From Myxococcota bacterium (GTDB taxonomy: Bacteria; Myxococcota_A; Polyangia; Polyangiales; Houyiibacteriaceae), in assembly GCA_039030515.1 (NCBI GenBank), contig JBCCEA010000011.1, forward strand, positions 1 through 64,000: 64,000 nucleotides of DNA, given 5' to 3'. The position numbers and the translations under genes are program-made. The notes beneath the pieces are model-generated. The model was not told the origin of the DNA. It saw only the letters and a program-made list of their open reading frames with translations, and made no database searches. Shown piece after piece: positions 28,349-37,287 of this stretch (position 1 is the first letter of the stretch; each line of letters starts with the position of its first letter).

Positions 28349-28475
28349 CGCGATGGCTTATCAGCGACAAACCCCCGTTGCAAAGGCTCAGATGAGGGAT
28401 TCAGACGTGTGCTCAACGCACAGGTCTCACTCCCGTCAGTGATGAACGAAGCATATCTCGCCTGTGCTCTGCGGC

Positions 28476-28504
28476 TTGACATACCAAAGATCTCAAGGTA
28501 ACTG
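28476..28504 (+). promoter_or_regulatory. Candidate sigma70-type promoter for tRNA-Val/infC
   Basis: TTGACA-N17-TAACTG. Confidence 0.45.
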
Positions 28505-28667
28505 AGCGCTCCTGTTCGGAACTCTTAGGGCTTCGAATCAACCACTCACACAGAAGATGCCGCTTGTCTGAGACATTTTCTGACGAAGCGTCTAATCTAG
28601 GGGGGCGCCGAGTACGAGCCAGTTGTCTTGACGACGCTCATCTTGTTAACGACATCCGCACTACCAA

Positions 28668-28739
<72 letters not shown>

Positions 28740-28882
28740 CCCCATCGCACTTCGCATCGCTTCCTAACGACTACGACTGACTTAACGACTTCGACCGAAG
28801 AGCCCCTCACTTCGGTACGAACGAGCCAAACTATCGATAAGAAACGCGAGGGCAGTCTGTCCTCGAAACCGGAGAAGTGACC

Positions 28883-29548
28883 ATCCGCAGAACCCGCCAA
28901 GAGAATCGACCATCACGTAACAATTATGGTCAACGCGTTAATGAACGTATTCGTGTCCCGGAGGTTCGCGTCATCGGTTCCGAAGGAGAGATGCTGGGTG
29001 TGTTGTCTACCGACGAAGCCCGCCGTATCGCTCGACAACAGGAACTAGATCTCGTCGAAGTCAATCCGAAGGTGAACCCGCCCGTGTGTAAGATTATGGA
29101 CCACGGGAGATACAAGTACGAAGAAAAGAAGCGTCAGTCTGAAGCGCGTCGGCGCCAGTCATACACCGCCACCAAAGAGGTCAAGCTCCGGCCGAAGACC
29201 GATGATCACGACGTGCATGTCAAGATTCGGCAGGTCCTGAAGTTTCTCACGGAGGGCAACAAGGTTAAGATCACCGTTCGTTTTCGTGGTCGCGAGATAA
29301 CCCACCCCGAGACCGCTGAGCGACAAATCAACACCATCCTAGACTCAGTTGAAGAGCTCGGAGTGGTGGAGCAGGGCGCACGCATGGAAGGGCGAACAAT
29401 GACCGCGATCGTAGCTCCAAAGCGACGCGAGATTCAGCTGAGCCATCGGCGCTCAGAGCGTCGCGTCGAGAGCGGCGAGACTGATGCTGCCGAAGGCAGC
29501 AAGATCGATGCTGTTGAGAGCAGCGTCGATAGTGCGGAAGGGGCGTAG
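28883..29548 (+). CDS. infC: Translation initiation factor IF-3 with C-terminal extension; likely AUC start
   Basis: VNERIRVPEVRVI, LDLVEVNP..PPVCKIMD, KEVKLRP, RFRGRE. GGAG at 28871-28874 lies 8 nt before the in-frame ATC at 28883. Confidence 0.95.
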   Translation: MRRTRQENRPSRNNYGQRVNERIRVPEVRVIGSEGEMLGVLSTDEARRIARQQELDLVEVNPKVNPPVCKIMDHGRYKYEEKKRQSEARRRQSYTATKEVKLRPKTDDHDVHVKIRQVLKFLTEGNKVKITVRFRGREITHPETAERQINTILDSVEELGVVEQGARMEGRTMTAIVAPKRREIQLSHRRSERRVESGETDAAEGSKIDAVESSVDSAEGA

Positions 29549-29688
29549 GACCGGCTAGCAAGCTGAGATCCCGTTTGTTGAGTCATTCTTCCGAGATTGT
29601 GGTCTGAAAAAACGCATCTGCTTTCGGTGGTGCTGGCTGAGCGTTAGTCTCGGCGGGCCAAGCAAGCTCTTCGCATTCTCAGATGGTC

Positions 29689-29717
29689 TTGACAAATCTC
29701 CTTCGCGAGCGTAATCA
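29689..29717 (+). promoter_or_regulatory. Candidate sigma70-type promoter for rpmI-rplT
   Basis: TTGACA-N17-TAATCA. Confidence 0.45.
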
Positions 29718-29778
29718 ATCGCCCCTCTCCGCTAAATCCCGTGTCCTTCGCAGGGGCTTAGCTTAAAGCGAGTACTCA

Positions 29779-29979
29779 ATGCCAAAAATGAAGACCAAGC
29801 GAGCCGCGGCAAAGCGACTGCGCACCACAGCAAAAGGTAAAATCCGACGCGCATCCGCTGGCAAAAGCCACTTGATGCGAGGCAAATCTTCGACACGCCT
29901 TCGTCCTCTGAAAAAACACAGTCTGGTGAGTAAGTCGGAAGAAAAGAACCTTCGTCAACTCATCCCTTACAAGTTCTGA
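29779..29979 (+). CDS. rpmI: 50S ribosomal protein L35
   Basis: MPKMKTKRAAAKRLRTTAKGKI..SHL. Confidence 0.97.
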   Translation: MPKMKTKRAAAKRLRTTAKGKIRRASAGKSHLMRGKSSTRLRPLKKHSLVSKSEEKNLRQLIPYKF

Positions 29980-29986
29980 GGATTTC

Positions 29987-30331
29987 ATGCCGCGCGCCAA
30001 AAGAGGATTCAAGGCTCGTCGTAGACGTAACCGAATATTAAAACACGCCTCCGGCTTTTACAGTGCAAGAGGCCGAACCTTTGCAAACGCTATTGAGCAG
30101 GTCCACAACGGATGGCGGGATGCCTTCGCCGCGCGTCGTGCGAAGAAGAGAGACTTCCGCAAGTTATGGATCCTGCGTATCAACGCTGCCGCAAGACTTC
30201 ATGGCTTGAGCTACAGCCGTTTCGTCTCGAAGTTGAAGAAGAAAAGCATCGAGTTGGATCGAAAGGTCTTAGCGGAACTCGCATACAGTGACCCCGGTGC
30301 GTTCAAGGCTGTGGTGGACGCAGTAAACTGA
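29987..30331 (+). CDS. rplT: 50S ribosomal protein L20
   Basis: MPRAKRG, KKRDFRKLWILRINAAAR, LSYSRF, LDRKVLAELA. Confidence 0.98.
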   Translation: MPRAKRGFKARRRRNRILKHASGFYSARGRTFANAIEQVHNGWRDAFAARRAKKRDFRKLWILRINAAARLHGLSYSRFVSKLKKKSIELDRKVLAELAYSDPGAFKAVVDAVN

Positions 30332-30467
30332 ACTGACTGGGCTTTTGCTCACAACGACTTTCCGCTTCTCCGGCCTTCAAACCAGCTGGATTCCTGACCT
30401 ACACGTCCGGTTGGAGCTCGCATTAGTCTGCGTGGGAGCAAGAAGTTGAACAGGAGGAATATCCGGC

Positions 30468-31622
30468 ATGGTGGAAGCCGAGGTTGACGAAAGCAGCGTC
30501 GACCGAGTCGAATCGGACGGAGTCGCAGTCGGTGGAACTTGCGAGGACAACCTAGTCTTTCGTTTTGAAGCGGATCTCGATGCGATTAAGCAAGCGTTTT
30601 CCGTTGGATTTGCGACAGCGTCCACCGAGCAAGAACTCCGTGCTGGAAATGCACGCCTGCTCGGATCGAACGGCAGCCTCACAACGCTTTTGAAATCCAT
30701 TCCTCAGCTGCCTCCAAATCGTCGGAGAGAGCTTGGCCGTAAAGCCAACGCGTTGAAGGCTCAGGTCGTTGCGTTGTTCGAGAAAAGACTCGTAGAGATC
30801 TCTCGCACATCTCGAAATGCCGAGATGAATGCGCAGCATTTGGACGTGACTTTGCCGGGCCGTTTTGGTGCCAGCGGCAGACTTCATCCGATTACCCGAG
30901 TCAAGCATGAGCTGGTGGATCTCTTCAGTTCCCTGGGCTTCGACGCTGCAGACGGTCCGGATATCGAACGGTACGAGTACAACTTCGATATGCTGGGTTT
31001 TCCCGAGGATCATCCTGCCACCGACATGCAGGATAGTTTCTTCATCCGAAGTGCTACCGGTGAACCTATCCGCGAGGCGCTCTTACGTACCCATACTTCT
31101 ACAGTTCAGATACGCGAGATGCTTCGCCGTAAGCCCCCGTTGGCGATCGTATCTCCTGGAGCAGTGTATCGACGCGATGATGACGCGACTCACTCCCCTA
31201 TGTTTTTTCAGATAGAGGGATTGCTGGTGGACACGGGCGTCAGCTTTGCGGATCTTAAGGGAATTCTCACGATCTTTCTCAAGCGATTTTTCGGTTCTGA
31301 AGTACCCGTCAGGTTTCGCCCGAGCTATTTTCCCTTTGTTGAGCCCGGAGGGGAGGTGGATATCGGTTGCGTATTTTGCCGCCCTTGGGAAGATCCAACT
31401 CGATTGGACTCGTGTCCCGTATGCAAAGGCACAGGATGGATGGAAGTGCTCGGCTGTGGCATGGTCCACCCTGTAGTTTTTGAGAGTGTAGGTTACGATC
31501 CAGAAGCAGTAAGTGGATTTGCGTTCGGAATGGGGCTCGACCGGATGGCGATGCTCAAATACGGCATTCCCAATATACGGTTGCTTTATGAGAATGACGT
31601 TCGTTTCCTCGCGCGGTTTTGA
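30468..31622 (+). CDS. pheS: Phenylalanyl-tRNA synthetase alpha subunit
   Basis: DVTLPGR, HPATDMQDSF, LRTHTS, DATHSPMFFQIEG, RFRPSYFPFVEP, GFAFGMGLDR. Confidence 0.98.
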   Translation: MVEAEVDESSVDRVESDGVAVGGTCEDNLVFRFEADLDAIKQAFSVGFATASTEQELRAGNARLLGSNGSLTTLLKSIPQLPPNRRRELGRKANALKAQVVALFEKRLVEISRTSRNAEMNAQHLDVTLPGRFGASGRLHPITRVKHELVDLFSSLGFDAADGPDIERYEYNFDMLGFPEDHPATDMQDSFFIRSATGEPIREALLRTHTSTVQIREMLRRKPPLAIVSPGAVYRRDDDATHSPMFFQIEGLLVDTGVSFADLKGILTIFLKRFFGSEVPVRFRPSYFPFVEPGGEVDIGCVFCRPWEDPTRLDSCPVCKGTGWMEVLGCGMVHPVVFESVGYDPEAVSGFAFGMGLDRMAMLKYGIPNIRLLYENDVRFLARF

Positions 31623-31731
31623 GTGAAGACCGCCACCGAATCATGTCCAGAGCTCACGCGGAAGCGTGTTCACGGTCGCATGTCGCTGGTGCTATTCGTT
31701 CGACTCGCTCGACAGCAATAGAGGTTGGATC

Positions 31732-34155
31732 ATGCGTGTCTCTATGAAATGGCTGCGTGAGCTAAGCGGCATGGATGTGAATAGCGACGAAGTATCTGCC
31801 CTGCTGACTTCGGCTGGTTTGGAGGTGGAAGACACCATCCGATGGGGAGATTCTTTGGAGAGTGTCGTCATTGCTGAAGTATGCAGCAAAGAGCGTATAC
31901 CGAGTACGGACAAGCTCTCCCGTGTACGCGTGTTTGATGGGCAAGATGAGGTCGAAGTAATCTGCGGTGCGCCCAACGTTCCTGGACCCGGGGAAAGAGT
32001 GCTCTTTGCTCAAGTTGGCGCGACGCTTCCCAACGGGTTGATCATCGCTGAACGTAAGATCGCGGGCATCGTTTCGAGAGGAATGATCTGCAGTGATGAA
32101 GAACTAAACCTTGGTTCTGATCCTCGAGGGATACATGTTGTCGATTCCGAAAACGGAGCCCGTGCAGGGACACCAGTCGCCGATGCATTGGACCTGAGAG
32201 ATTCGGTACTCGAGCTCGGAGTGACTCCCAACCGGCCCGACTGCCTAGGGCATCTTGGAGTGGCTCGAGAGCTTTGTGCGCTTCGTGAGAAGCCTTTTCT
32301 GATCCCTGAGATTCCAGAACTGGATTTGTCGGACCATCCTATCGAGGTCTCCACCGGTGAATTTGCCGTGTGTATTGAAGATGTAGATAGCTGTCCTCGA
32401 TACGGAGCTGCGGTTGTCTCGGGGGTGAAGGTCGACTTTTCTCCCTTCTGGCTCCGCTATCTACTGCATCGACTCGGCATTCGTGCCATTTCGAACGCTG
32501 TCGATGCGACCAACTTGGTGCTCTTGGAGACAGGGCATCCGATCCACGGGTTTGATCTGCAGACGCTCAGCGGGCCACGGATTATCGTGCGCCGCGCCTG
32601 CGATGCCGAAAGAATGATGACTTTGGATCAGGTGGAGCGGGAGCTTACAGAGGACGACCTTCTGGTATGCGATGCGGAGGGGCCGGTTGCGCTTGCTGGT
32701 GTCATGGGAGGTGCACATAGCGAGCTTTCTGAAGCCAGCAAAGAAGTGCTTATCGAATGCGCCTATTTTGAACCACGAGCGATTCGTAGAACGAGTCGCA
32801 GGTTTGGGTTGCACACGGAGGCGAGCCATCGGTTTGAACGAGGGGTCGATCCAAACGATGTGCCTTTGGTGCTGGCTCGGGCGGGCTATTGGATCGGCCG
32901 GCTTTGTGGCGGGACGATGCTGCAAAGGGGTATCGATTGCGTTCCGCGTGCAATCGTACCGACACCCATTCGATTACGGTCTTCTCGACTCTCGGATTTG
33001 CTCGGGATGCGTTTTTCGCTCGCGTCTGCAGAGGCTATTCTCTCCCGCCTGGGATGTAGGTTGATGAACCGCTCGAGTGGTGAGATCACGGTTGCGCCAC
33101 CAAGTTTTCGACCTGACCTTAAGCGGGAGATCGATCTCATCGAAGAAGTGGCACGCGTGACTGGCTACGATGAGATTCCTTCCCGCGTTCCCAAAATTCG
33201 TCCAAGTCCGCATGGGAGCGATCCAGTTGGCCTATTCGAGCGTCGCCTCTTGGAAGCCTGTGTATCGACGGGATTGCACGAGGCGATCAACTATTCATTC
33301 GTATCTCCCTCCGATTTGAAAGCGTCTCTAGTTCCTACCGATGCTGTTGAGCTTGCCAATCCTCTTTCTGAGGAGCGCTCGGTGATGCGCACATCGTTGC
33401 TTCCAGGTTTGCTGTCGTCGGCACTTGGTGCGCAGCGTCATCAGTGCGAAGAGGTGACGCTTTTTGAGCTTGGTCGTCAGTTTCATCCAGCGAAAAACGC
33501 TCTTTTGCCTGAAGAGCAGAAGATGCTTGCGCTCTTGATTCTCGGCTCGCGTTCGGATTGGATCGGCCAGGGGCCGGCCTACGACTTCTATGATATCAAG
33601 GGAATGCTCTCCTCCATCGTCGACCGACTTACCGGACGTCCTCTGGAAACAGTGATCGATTCTGAGATCCTCGAGTCTGCCCACTTTCTTCACCCTCGGC
33701 GCTGTGCCGTAATCCGTTTTGAAGGTCTCCCGGTGGGTTTGCTGGGAGAGGTTCATCCCGATGTTGTAGAGCACAAAGGAATGTCGGGGAGGCCTATCTA
33801 CGCCGAGATCGAAGTCATCCGACTGTACGAAGCGCAGAAAAACGCCGGTATCTTGGGGGCCCCGCGTCTACCTAGATTTCCCTCTGCCTCTCGAGATCTC
33901 TCGTTGCTGGTGGACGAGGGAATTCCAGCTGGTGAGGTGCGTCAGGCGGTGTTGGATGCCAGATCGGAACTACTCGAGTCCGTAACCCTTTTCGACCTCT
34001 ACCGAAGCGCAAACCTCGCTGAAGGGAAGAAGAGTCTCTCATTTCGTTTGGTCTACCGTGATCCAAACAAAACACTCATCGACAAACGAGTAGACAAGGT
34101 TCACCAGAGATTGACTAAGCTGCTACGAGCGAAATTTGATGCTGAGCAAAGATAG
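31732..34155 (+). CDS. pheT: Phenylalanyl-tRNA synthetase beta subunit
   Basis: ICGAPNV, TPNRPDCLGHLGVARE, HRFERGVD, DLIEEVAR, LANPLSEE..MRTSLLPGL, RDLSLL. Confidence 0.98.
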   Translation: MRVSMKWLRELSGMDVNSDEVSALLTSAGLEVEDTIRWGDSLESVVIAEVCSKERIPSTDKLSRVRVFDGQDEVEVICGAPNVPGPGERVLFAQVGATLPNGLIIAERKIAGIVSRGMICSDEELNLGSDPRGIHVVDSENGARAGTPVADALDLRDSVLELGVTPNRPDCLGHLGVARELCALREKPFLIPEIPELDLSDHPIEVSTGEFAVCIEDVDSCPRYGAAVVSGVKVDFSPFWLRYLLHRLGIRAISNAVDATNLVLLETGHPIHGFDLQTLSGPRIIVRRACDAERMMTLDQVERELTEDDLLVCDAEGPVALAGVMGGAHSELSEASKEVLIECAYFEPRAIRRTSRRFGLHTEASHRFERGVDPNDVPLVLARAGYWIGRLCGGTMLQRGIDCVPRAIVPTPIRLRSSRLSDLLGMRFSLASAEAILSRLGCRLMNRSSGEITVAPPSFRPDLKREIDLIEEVARVTGYDEIPSRVPKIRPSPHGSDPVGLFERRLLEACVSTGLHEAINYSFVSPSDLKASLVPTDAVELANPLSEERSVMRTSLLPGLLSSALGAQRHQCEEVTLFELGRQFHPAKNALLPEEQKMLALLILGSRSDWIGQGPAYDFYDIKGMLSSIVDRLTGRPLETVIDSEILESAHFLHPRRCAVIRFEGLPVGLLGEVHPDVVEHKGMSGRPIYAEIEVIRLYEAQKNAGILGAPRLPRFPSASRDLSLLVDEGIPAGEVRQAVLDARSELLESVTLFDLYRSANLAEGKKSLSFRLVYRDPNKTLIDKRVDKVHQRLTKLLRAKFDAEQR

Positions 34156-34312
34156 GCTTTGGTCTCTAGTGTTTTGTGATGTGTAATGCAAAATATGTGC
34201 TAAAGGACCGATTTTCTCTGGGTTCCATGAGCTGTTTTCGAATGGCAGATACGCAACCGCTTGAGATTTCGAAAGATTTGTGTTCACATCGCTTTCCGCC
34301 GGAGGTGTTTAG

Positions 34313-34804
34313 ATGACCAAGGCCGAAATCATCGATGCCGTCTACGAGAAAGTCGGCGGCTTCTCAAAAAAGGAAGCTGCAGAAATCGTAGAGGCCGTGT
34401 TCGATACGATGAAGGAGGTCTTGGCCGATGGCTCTAAGATCAAGGTATCCGGATTTGGTAATTTCATCGTTCGCTACAAAAAACAACGAATCGGTCGCAA
34501 TCCACAAACTGGTGATCCGATTCCTATCAGTGCTCGTCGGGTCCTCACCTTCAAGCCCAGTCAGGTATTGAAGGGCATTCTCAACCCCCACAAGGAACCC
34601 CGTCGCGCCCCGGATGAGGCCGGTACCTGTGAGAGTGTACCTCCGATGCGTGCTACTCCGCACGAACAAGAGGTCGTGAAGTATTATGATCCGTCAGCTT
34701 CAAAATTAAGTCCCGCTAGCCGACACGGCATTGACTTCAACAGTGCTGATCTCGACAGGAGCGATGGACCCAACCGAAATAATGGTTTCGGTAGTGGTGA
34801 CTAG
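34313..34804 (+). CDS. ihfA: Integration host factor alpha with C-terminal extension
   Basis: MTKAEII, KVSGFGNF, RIGRNPQTG, ISARRVLTFKPSQVLK; position after pheT. Confidence 0.93.
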   Translation: MTKAEIIDAVYEKVGGFSKKEAAEIVEAVFDTMKEVLADGSKIKVSGFGNFIVRYKKQRIGRNPQTGDPIPISARRVLTFKPSQVLKGILNPHKEPRRAPDEAGTCESVPPMRATPHEQEVVKYYDPSASKLSPASRHGIDFNSADLDRSDGPNRNNGFGSGD

Positions 34805-34879
34805 GCATTCTCGCCACGCCACGCTTCGGTGCAGTTCGAATGGCCTTTTTGGTTTGAATCCCGCGTGCTCCGGAAGCGA

Positions 34880-35356
34880 ATGAGTCGAGATGTGAGCGTA
34901 AAGGTCGTCTACGATCAAAAGAAATTTTTTCGAATCGGTGAAGTCTCCGAGATAGTAGGCGTAAAACCTCACGTTCTCCGCTACTGGGAGAGCGAGTTTA
35001 AGTCTCTCAGACCGCTAAAGACTCGGGGTAGTCACAGAGTTTATCGGCGTGACGACGTAGATCTCGCGATGTCTATTCGTCGCCTGTTGTACGACGAAGG
35101 CTATACGATTCTCGGAGCGAAGAGGCGACTAAAAGAGCTCGCTCAGGATGGCGGCGCGAGTGCTCCAAGCCCCGGTGCGGCTCGAGAAGTCGCGTTACGC
35201 AGGGAGCTCCTGGGGCTTCGAGAACAGCTGACGTCGCTGCTTGATACCATCGACTCAATCGTCGAGGACAACGAGATCCCCTCTAGTCACGCGACGGTGC
35301 ACGCCGTGGTGCCTGCGAAATCGGTGGTTTCGGTGCTAAGGAGTATCAAAGGGTAG
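34880..35356 (+). CDS. MerR family transcriptional regulator
   Basis: FFRIGEVSEIVGVKPHVLRYWESEF..L.P.K, LLYDEGYTILGAK; conserved position after ihfA. Confidence 0.92.
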   Translation: MSRDVSVKVVYDQKKFFRIGEVSEIVGVKPHVLRYWESEFKSLRPLKTRGSHRVYRRDDVDLAMSIRRLLYDEGYTILGAKRRLKELAQDGGASAPSPGAAREVALRRELLGLREQLTSLLDTIDSIVEDNEIPSSHATVHAVVPAKSVVSVLRSIKG

Positions 35357-35506
35357 CGGGTTGCCATAAGCGTTGCGCGTTTAGTCGAGGCTTCTTTTCG
35401 CTCGAGAGCACCGGTTTCCATAGACTCACAACGCTATGCTCGCACGCGCTGCCTTGTTCACTTTGCACTTGCATCCGCTTGCTCAGAGTGTACCTTCCCT
35501 CTCTTT

Positions 35507-35581
<75 letters not shown>

Positions 35582-35585
35582 CGGA

Positions 35586-35630
35586 TAAGGACGTCATGAC
35601 AGCAGCGCTGGCGTGACGTCCTTACTCTTT
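35586..35630 (+). terminator. Hairpin after tRNA-Pro, probable terminator or processing stem
   Basis: Inverted repeat taaggacgtca / tgacgtcctta followed by ctcttt. Confidence 0.55.
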
Positions 35631-35874
35631 GTCGACTTGGATATGCTTCGTTTTCCGACTTAGAGTCTCTTCGCTCCTCCCAATTGTTCCGGTATTCCTT
35701 TGGATCGAACGGGTCGGCGTAAGGTTTGACAACCTTCCCAACACAAACCCACTAAGGACCGCGTCCCGACTCAGAGATGGTCCTCTGTATGTCGGATCGG
35801 TTTTTCCGGGCGAGGCGGCAGGTTTGTGGTAGGCAGAGCGTCCGGCGAAGTATGAAACGCAGCATGGGAGCTAC

Positions 35875-36651
35875 ATGGGCAGCCAACCGCTTATTCTTCT
35901 TTCGAATGACGACGGGGTTTCGGCCGAAGGAATACAGGTTTTGCGCAGTGCCCTACAGCGCCTGGGACAGGTAGTCACGGTGGCGCCTGCTACTGAGCAG
36001 AGCGCGAAAAGTCACGGCATCACGCTACATCGACCCCTGAGGCACGAGCGTTTCGAAGGTGAAGTTCACTCCGTAGACGGTACGCCCGTAGATTGCGTCT
36101 ACATTGCCCTGCATCACGAGGGTTTGCTGCCAAGGCGCCCGGATGTTGTGGTCTCCGGCATCAACCACGGTCCCAATTTGGCCGTTGACGTCGTTTACTC
36201 GGGAACGGTAGCTGCGGCTCGCGAGGGGGCGTTGCGTGGCATTCCTTCGATCGCGTTTTCACAGGAACGCGACGGAGATAAACAGATGGCGGCTATTCAT
36301 GCGGCCAATCTAGTGGAACGCTTCCTTCAAGCTGAGCCTCTGCCGCCACAAGTCGCGTTACTCAACGTGAATATTCCAGCTCATATGCCTCAAGGGGTGC
36401 GTACGACGAGGTTAGGCCAAAGACATTACGATGAAGGCGTGGTCTGCCGCGAAGATCCTCGTGGTCGAGACTATTTCTGGATTGGAGGTCCAGGGGTAAT
36501 CTCCCACTATCCCATTGAGGGTTCGGATACCGAAGCGGTGGACCAAGGGTTTACTTCCATTACCCCTCTTTCGCTCAGCGGAACGCGTTCAGATCATTTT
36601 GGTGTCGCCGCGTATGTCGCGGGCGCGGATGCAGAGAGTATAGAAAGTTGA
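35875..36651 (+). CDS. surE: 5'/3'-nucleotidase SurE
   Basis: ILLSNDDG, VAPATEQSA, DGTPVDCV, SGINHGPN, YSGTVAAAREG. Confidence 0.97.
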   Translation: MGSQPLILLSNDDGVSAEGIQVLRSALQRLGQVVTVAPATEQSAKSHGITLHRPLRHERFEGEVHSVDGTPVDCVYIALHHEGLLPRRPDVVVSGINHGPNLAVDVVYSGTVAAAREGALRGIPSIAFSQERDGDKQMAAIHAANLVERFLQAEPLPPQVALLNVNIPAHMPQGVRTTRLGQRHYDEGVVCREDPRGRDYFWIGGPGVISHYPIEGSDTEAVDQGFTSITPLSLSGTRSDHFGVAAYVAGADAESIES

Positions 36652-37181
36652 TGACGGTAAATCGTTTGGAGCGTGTCGTCCGGCGCATTCGTGAAGTGCC
36701 CGACTTTCCTAAGCCAGGCATCCTCTTTAAGGATATTACTCCGATGCTCGCTGACTCCGATGCGTTTCGGACCTGTCTTGATCTGATGGCGGAAATGGTC
36801 GCAGATGAGCAGGTTGATGCCATTGTCGGACTGGAATCGCGTGGCTTTATTTTTGGCTCGGCGTTGGCTGCTCGGATGGGATGTGGGTTTGTTCCGGTGC
36901 GAAAGCCGGGAAAACTGCCTGGGCAGGTTGATTCGATCACCTACCAGTTGGAGTACGGAGAGGACTCTCTCGAGATTCATCGAGATGCGCTCCAGGAAGG
37001 GACTCGGGTTCTTATCGTGGACGATCTAATCGCGACGGGGGGCACTGCTCGCGCCGCGGGAGAGCTCGTCACCAAACAAGGTGCGGATATCGTAGGATTC
37101 AGTTTTGTCGTGGAGTTGGCCTTTTTGGAGGGCGTCACCAAGCTTGTGCCGCATCGTGTTTTTTCGCTGATTCGCTACTAA
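36648..37181 (+). CDS. apt: Adenine phosphoribosyltransferase
   Basis: PDFPKPGILFKDITP, GLESRGF, RKPGKLP, LEYG, IVDDLIATGGT. Confidence 0.97.
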   Translation: MMTVNRLERVVRRIREVPDFPKPGILFKDITPMLADSDAFRTCLDLMAEMVADEQVDAIVGLESRGFIFGSALAARMGCGFVPVRKPGKLPGQVDSITYQLEYGEDSLEIHRDALQEGTRVLIVDDLIATGGTARAAGELVTKQGADIVGFSFVVELAFLEGVTKLVPHRVFSLIRY

Positions 37182-37287
37182 AAGCGGTCTTGCTCGAATG
37201 GGCCCGGGATATTTCTCTAAAAGCACGCTGTTTCGTCCGGGTTCCTTAAAACAGGCCTGCCAGTCCTTGGGAGGACCGGTTCGCAGG

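Noticed and set aside
30332..30467. pheM-type attenuator leader peptide
   Set aside because: No Phe-rich short ORF or clear terminator was seen upstream of pheS.
31366..31435. Unusual Cys cluster in PheS (CVFC...CPVC)
   Set aside because: This zinc-binding-type insertion is common in bacterial PheS and is not novel.
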